Below, one piece after another: positions 19,779 to 26,286 of a stretch of 26,286 nucleotides of DNA. The notes beneath the pieces are model-generated. The model did no database searches, had not been told where the DNA came from, and was given only the letters and a program-made list of their open reading frames with translations. The first letter of the stretch is position 1. The number at the start of each line of letters is the position of its first letter. The stretch comes from Ginkgo biloba (Eukaryota; Plantae; Ginkgophyta), in contig JANKJI020000004.1 in assembly GCA_024626585.2 (NCBI GenBank), positions 180,641,474 through 180,667,759 of the forward strand, in the 5' to 3' direction. A program made the position numbers and the translations under genes.

Positions 19779-22645
19779 TAAATCCTTTGGAGAGTATGCC
19801 CATTTGGGGGAACAAAGACCTTTATTACCTAGATTAATAAACTTGAGTTTTCACTCTTTGGTATCCAAACTATACACATTTATACAATAAGACCTTGCAT
19901 GCTTTAAACTTGTAGTGCTATTTGCTTTATTATCAATGCATAGAGTTGTGAAGTGTATTGCATTGGTTAAGTCGTATCATCCTTGTGCGATTTGTGGCAT
20001 CTATGGTATAGTATACACAGTTGAAATAACTTACTATGTGCATAGCTTTGTGTATGTAGATTGTATACTAGATACTCTACATTTTGGCATTGGAACAAAC
20101 TTGTAGGAGAACCTCTGTGTGTCGTTTGGCACATAAGAGCAATCATAGTAATAAACAAATTCCATTCTTCTTTTTTTTTCTAGATACACAAAAGAAGTGC
20201 TAGGGTTTTTAGTCCAATTTGGCAAAACAGAGAGAGTAGTGTTAGTTTCTTAGTTAAATTTGGGCCAAACAAAATGTGATTATCATTGTTGNNNNNNNNN
20301 NNNNNNNNNNNNNNNNNNNNNNNNNNNNNNNNNNNNNNNNNNNNNNNNNNNNNNNNNNNNNNNNNNNNNNNNNNNNNNNNNNNNNNNNNNNTGAACTCTT
20401 GTTGTGGAGAGTTTTTTCTATGCCTCAAGGGATCATGGATACATGCACAAAATATTTAATTTATAGCTTGAAAAATATTTGCAATGGTAATCTTAGTTTT
20501 TGACAAGTTAAAATGCAATGGTACCCTTACTTTTTTACAAGTTAAAATGCTTGCTTTTTATGTGAATTATAAAATATTCAATGCAATGCCAATTCCTAGT
20601 CTTTACTTTCANNNNNNNNNNNNNNNNNNNNNNNNNNNNNNNNNNNNNNNNNNNNNNNNNNNNNNNNNNNNNNNNNNNNNNNNNNNNNNNNNNNNNNNNN
20701 NNNNTCTTTTTCAAAATCTAACAATCTGTAATTTTAAATAATAAACTAGTATGTTTCCCATGACAAGTAATTGCAAGGGTGTGGGAGTTGTGGTTATACA
20801 TGACTTTTCTTTAGTATATAGTATAGTTATATATCTATTATAGAAAACTATGAACAAGCCCTTTTAGGGTGCCCAATCCAATGTGAATGTAGATATGATT
20901 GATTAGTGAGGTTGTTATACCTCTGACTTGCCATTGCTCACAAGTATTTAGTTGAAGTGGCATCTTTTAAATAAAAGAATTATCTTGATTGAGAATGAGA
21001 GCACATGAAGATTCTTTAAAAATCCTTATTGAATGAAAAATTTGTCTTAAATTGAATGCCTTCTCTTCATGATATTTATTCCTATAATGGTTCTAAGTTG
21101 ATGATATCAAAGCCCTTAAACCCTTTACAAGGTCAAAATTCATTTTAACCTTCAAATGAAATTTAATTCATTTTTTAGTCCATCATTCTTAAAGGTTTGA
21201 TTGCTTATTATTGTTTTTTCTAATGAAGGGCTATTTGTTAAATTTCCCATCAAGTAAGGTTTTAATCAATTCCAAATTGTTGAGAAGTAAACATTTTGCA
21301 TAAAACAAATGCAAAGTTGGTATTGCATTCGCTAACAATGATTGAGAAAAGAGAATAAACAATATTTTGTGTATCATTCATCTTTTAGAATGTTCAAAAC
21401 TACATTTCTATCCTTGAAATTAGTACATTCTTCAATAAAAAATTGAATCCTTAAACAATTGCAGTTTGTAGGAGAAATACTAATTATAGTTAATCTATAA
21501 AATCTCTTATGATCGAGTGCTAGCACCAAGTATTGTGATGCATTCCTAATTAGGACTCAATGGTAAGATCAAAGTAGACTTAAGGGAAAGATTAGAGTAA
21601 ATGTTAATTATAACAATGGTTAATATAACAACCACATTCAATATTTTTTGTAGTCATTAGAAACTAGCATTCAATACTTAAAAGTATTATATCAATCCTG
21701 TTGTATTTTTTTCTAGCATGAAAAATATGGCTTGAATATGAAATCATTCAATGCTATTAGAAGATATTAGTCTTTTTGGTTATTCACTGAGCAATTAACT
21801 TTTCCAAAATAAGTGTGCTTGCTTTTATATCTTTAATGTGAATCTTTTGCCATTGTTTATAACAATCTACATATGAGGTAGACACCAAGTACTAATGCTA
21901 GTATCTTTATTAATGATTTATTTTATTGTTTATTGCTATGAAACCAAGCAAAAAAATGGATCTTACAGTTATAATCCTATAAGAAGTAGCAAGAGGTAAC
22001 TCCTTTAGAGAGGGTTGGATTCTCTCANNNNNNNNNNNNNNNNNNNNNNNNNNNNNNNNNNNNNNNNNNNNNNNNNNNNNNNATAAATAGATTGAGTGAA
22101 AATGGTGGACTAATCACTTTCCCTCTCTAGTGGCAACATCTAATAGAATGGTTCTTATGACTCAATAGCCAGTAAAATAAATTCCAAAAGAGGTTGTCCT
22201 TGCTTGGTGATTTTATTGATAGTTTCACTGCTAAACTTGTGATTTTATGGTTTTCTTATTCAACTAGTCATGAACTTTTTTGTGATTCCATTAAATGTTA
22301 ATTAAAGTAGATTTTGTATGATATTATGGTATATCACATGCAACTTTTGCTCCTCAAGTTTGTTAGGAGTGTAAAATTGCATTTTTTTAGCTCGCTTCAC
22401 TACACAATCAATGCCATTCCCTTGTCCATATTTTGTAATACACAATTTACTACCATCTTTCACTTATTCCCCATACATGTCCCTAATTATGGTGGATTAA
22501 AGCTAGTGGTAACTTAGGTCATCATGCAAATTAAAGATGTTATACATCCAACATTCTCCTGAAGTGGAATGTGTACATCCATTAAAGGTTTAACACCCTC
22601 ATATAGTGACTCAAATGGATTCAACTACTAAAATAATTAGAAAAA

Positions 22646-23195
22646 CATAATGGATACTACATATAGATGATAAGATTGAAATAATCACAAATGTGAAAGA
22701 TTAAACTATCACATGATTTTGATAATCATGAATATAAGAGCACAATATCACAATAGTCACTTGTAGTAATGTCATTATAGTTAGAATTAAGAGGAGAGAA
22801 GAAGATTAGAAGATNNNNNNNNNNNNNNNNNNNTACTACCCAAGACGAGGTTGTGGGACACATGCTACCCATAAAATGCTTGTAGGAAGCACCTCCCTTC
22901 TAAGAGTGCCTTCAATTGTTGAAGAAGAAATAGGAAATGTTGAAGAAGATATGATGAGAAAGTGAAGAAGTTTTTCAACCTTATAGGTAGAATTCTTATG
23001 AATTCCCTCTGGCTACCTGTAACTTTGTTAAGGATAATTTTTAAGGCCCAATTTGCACTATTAATATAATAACTTAAGCACCAAAGAACTGGGTCNNNNN
23101 NNNNNNNNNNNGAAGTGCATTTTAAGATCTTATGTTGTTAAATCCTCTTTGGGTTACAACCTCTTTAACTCTAATTATATCTTAGGGACACAACA
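22646..23195 (-). repeat. 3' LTR (left boundary approximate)
   Basis: Collinear with 24362-24884 (e.g. ATGAATATAAGAG, CTACCCATAAAAT.CT.GTAGGAAG, ATGAGAAAGTGAAGAAGT, AACCTCTTTAA). Confidence 0.8.
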
Positions 23196-23199
23196 TGCC

Positions 23200-23677
23200 T
23201 CCCTTTAATATGATTTTCCCTTAAGACATAGGTAGTGTTAGATGTTGTTGTATAAAGTCTTCTTTCTCCCATGTAGTGTCTTCTTCACGTAGTTTTTGCC
23301 AATTGATTTTATATTATATTATTTGTCTCCTTCTTAAATCTCTTGTATAAGTCACGATGCCTCCTTCTAGTTTTAGCATGAACTTTACCTCCTCATAAAC
23401 AATTGATAATGTAATTTGTAGCACAATGTTCACTCCAATTTTCTTCATCGGGATTGATACATAGAACACATCATAAATTTTCCCTTTATTTAGTAGGTCC
23501 ATAATGTATGCAACTTTACACCAACATTAGCCCAAATTCTATAGGGACTATAAAATCCCAATTACAATATACCCTTGCCTTTATTCTTCAATGATAATTG
23601 ATTATAGGGTTGGAGTCAAATCAAAATCATGTGTTTATCATTTGCTTCTCCCCTTATTGGCTTGTTGTTTTATTCTA
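23200..23677 (-). pseudogene. Decayed gypsy integrase C-terminus (GPY/F region) plus chromodomain
   Basis: FYSPY (FYGPY), IYDVFYVS (IHPVFHVS) and INWQKLREEDTTWE (LIKW..L..EDATWE), with stops and frameshifts. Confidence 0.88.
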
Positions 23678-24361
23678 NNNNNNNNNNNNNNNNNNNNNNN
23701 NNNNNNNNNNNNNNNNNNNNNNNNNNNNNNNNNNNNNNNNNNNNNNNNNNNNNNNNNNNNNNNNNNNNNNNNNNNNNTTATGGTCCTAAAGGTCCACATA
23801 ATGCTTAGTAAAATTTATGGAAATGGTGAATGCCTCTACTACTTTCTATTTAGATACTTTCTCCAAGGTTGGCCATTGGGACTGATCAGTAGAGGTGGCC
23901 ACCTATATTATAAGGGACTTAAAGTTTTCTTTTTATGATTTGACATTGCCAACTCTTTAACTATTATAGTTATTATTATAACCACCTTATCTATTTTGGA
24001 TTTGATAACTAGTTCCCTCAAGACTATGGCTAAATGTTAGTTCTAGATGCTATAATTTATTTCCCAGCCTCCAGTATAATTGAGGCCAATATTTTCCTAA
24101 GTGTATCTCTTTCTTATTGGATGGCCTGCAATTGGGCCTTACAACAACTAATATTTTCTTTAAGATGTTAGAATTCCATCCTATATTGGTCAAGTTGGGC
24201 AATAACATGTGGATCAATGATTGTTGATGATGATGTTGTGACATTGTTATGGTGGCAATGCTGCACAACCTTCTTTTGTTCAGAACAAGGTTTTTTTTTC
24301 TGTCCATCGTACGTCACATGTAAGAGAAAACAACCACACGCTCTTCAGTTTCTCCCACGTC

Positions 24362-24884
24362 CATAGTGGATACCACAAATGGATGATAAGATCACAATAA
24401 TTATGAATGCAGAATATCACAAGATGAATATAAGAGAATAGTGTTATAATAGTCAACCGAAGTAATGTGATAAAAATTAGAATTGAGAAGAGAGAAGAAG
24501 ATGGTAGATAAAATGAGTGACTAGTGGCCTTAAGACACATGTTACCTAAGAAGAGGTTATGGGGCACCTACTACCCATAAAATACTAGTAGGAAGAACCT
24601 ACTTCCTAATAGTATCTAATTTCTCAAGAAGAAGTAGGAAATATTGAAGAATATATTATGAGAAAGTGAAGAAGTGTTAGCCCTTATATGTATAGAATTT
24701 ATGTGACTTCCCTCTAGCTATAATTAAGTCAACAAGGGTTAATTTTAAGCTGAGAACTTAAGTGGTTGAGAACTAGATCCTATGGTGAATTATTTTAAGC
24801 CAATTATAGGATCTTATGCTCTTAACTTAAATGGTCCTTGGGTTTTAACCTCTTTAAATCTAGTTGTGTTTTAAGGACACAACA
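24362..24884 (-). repeat. 5' LTR (left boundary approximate)
   Basis: Collinear with 22646-23195 and begins TGTTG on the minus strand. Confidence 0.8.
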
Positions 24885-25379
24885 CCTACTTTATTTTATT
24901 TAGTGCATCCATTTGACGTTTATCTTTGATTAAATGTTTTGCATCCTTCTACATTGTATTAAATGCACCCATTAAGTTTTNNNNNNNNNNNNNNNNNNNN
25001 NNNNNNNNNNNNNNNNNNNNNNNNNNNNNNNNNNNNNNNNNNNNNNNNNNNNNNNNNNNNNNNNNNNNNNNNNNNNNNNNTTAGACTTTTAGATATCCCA
25101 AATTTGACCCCTTAGATTAAAATCATGGAAAATTTTGTCAAAAGGTTAGATCCTTATAGCTATAGAATGGTTTCAAACAAAACGATCTTTGTTTTTTTAT
25201 GCCATATGGAAAATCTTAGGAATATATATAAATATTTTTAATATGGAAGGTTGATAAATACAAGAAAGGTTTGTCCTTGTTGAACACCTCATTTTGATTA
25301 AGTCAACAAATTTAGCAGAATCATAGATCCTTTGTAGTAACATTTCTAAAACAAGCAAGTTTATGGTATAGAAAAGTTA

Positions 25380-26286
25380 TTTCAAGAGTACAAAAAATAT
25401 GAAATATACAAGCCAATAATGATCATTTATGACTAGAATTTAGAGATATTTGGGAGATTCCTAGTGCTCATAGGCCTCTTGATGGGGATAGAATTGTCTT
25501 TATAATTAATATCATTCAAGCATTATATTGAATTAACATTCAGATTTATTAGTCTTATTTTGGGAAATTTTGTGAGAATTCTAGAGTGAAATGGAAGCTA
25601 TTGGATTTTGATGCTGCCCATAGATTTTTGGATAAAATGGAATTCACCTATAAAGTATTTTAGGTCACATGTAGGTGGAAGTTTATAACAAATAAGAAGA
25701 GCACATGAAAAAGGCCAAGTATGTCACTTTTACCTTTAGTGAAAGTGATTAAGAGTAGTAATATAACATGACCACAAAGTAGTGATGAAGTTGACAATAA
25801 TCTTCAAGTGGTCTTGCACTCACCTATAGGTGGGTGATATGAGAGATATAAAAATTTGTCTGATATCATGTTGAACAAATAAGAAGGATAACAAACACAA
25901 AACATAGAGAATTATTTTATTTTATTTTTTCTACTGTTGTTTTATGGACTTTCATAAATCCTTTGATACTATTCCCAAGCACCTTCTTATGGAGAGACTT
26001 CGATGTTTTGAAGTTCCTAAGATTCTTATAGGATTAGTGATGAGACTTTATGAATCAGTAGTGGGTTTCTTTTGTGCCACATATGGATTTTTTTAGGAGA
26101 TTAAGAGTACCATAGGGGTTAAACAAGGGTGCCCCCTCTCTCCGACCTTGTTTTAACTTTATATTGATGAGTTAGAGGGATTTCTTAGAGAAACTACAAA
26201 TACAAAAGTGGTTTCTTCCTTCACCATATTCTAATTCTTGTTCTCCTCTTTGTTGATGATATTATCCTCCTATCTTCTACCCTAGA
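25380..26286 (+). mobile_element. Non-LTR retrotransposon (RTE-like LINE) reverse transcriptase pseudogene, continuing past the window end
   Basis: FYCCFMDFHKSFDTIPKHLLMERL (from 25929), IKSTIGVKQGCPLSPTLF*LYIDELE (~26100-26177) and LLFVDDIILLS (YADD motif, ~26243-26275). The 5' boundary is approximate. Confidence 0.9.

Larger units (their letters stand above)
22646..24884 (-). mobile_element. Ancient chromoviral Ty3/gypsy LTR retrotransposon (two diverged LTRs, integrase C-terminus and chromodomain)
   Basis: Direct repeats at ~22646-23195 and ~24362-24884 both end GGACACAACA (TGTTGTGTCC on minus). A PPT, AAAGGGAGGCA, abuts the 3' LTR. Minus-strand remnants read RIKQQANKGRS...LQPYNQLSL...FYSPYRI...VAY..L...IYDVFYVS..KK...INWQKLREEDTTWE. 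The left boundary and TSD are unresolved, and there is an internal 100-N gap. Confidence 0.9.

Noticed and set aside
19900-22500. Short ORFs and possible DNA-transposase debris
   Set aside because: AT-rich and stop-ridden, with no motif I can name with confidence.
24362-24375. tRNA-Met PBS (TGGTATC on the minus strand)
   Set aside because: It lacks the AGAGC continuation, and a similar sequence occurs in the other LTR copy, so it is probably LTR-internal.

Overview
AT-rich land-plant nuclear DNA from a fragmented assembly, with more than 20 N-runs, many exactly 100 N (the usual placeholder for a gap of unknown size). The style of the retroelements suggests a gymnosperm-like genome (inference). 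Two convergent genes sit in CpG-retaining islands. (1) An intronless SAUR of the SAUR30/32/33 type (+, 1063-1665) has a long N-terminal extension, a TATA box preceded by two CGCG/CAMTA boxes, and a 5' leader containing a 42-aa uORF that is a candidate conserved-peptide uORF. (2) A two-exon gene (-, 11279-10537) encodes an uncharacterised plant membrane-anchored protein carrying a KKVRF (RVxF-type PP1-docking) motif. The rest is CpG-depleted decayed transposon DNA: an old chromoviral Ty3/gypsy LTR element, an RTE-like LINE reverse transcriptase, a Tat-type RNase H relic, several tandem repeats, two related arrays of self-complementary motifs, and a ~150-bp inverted repeat pair about 6.7 kb apart.
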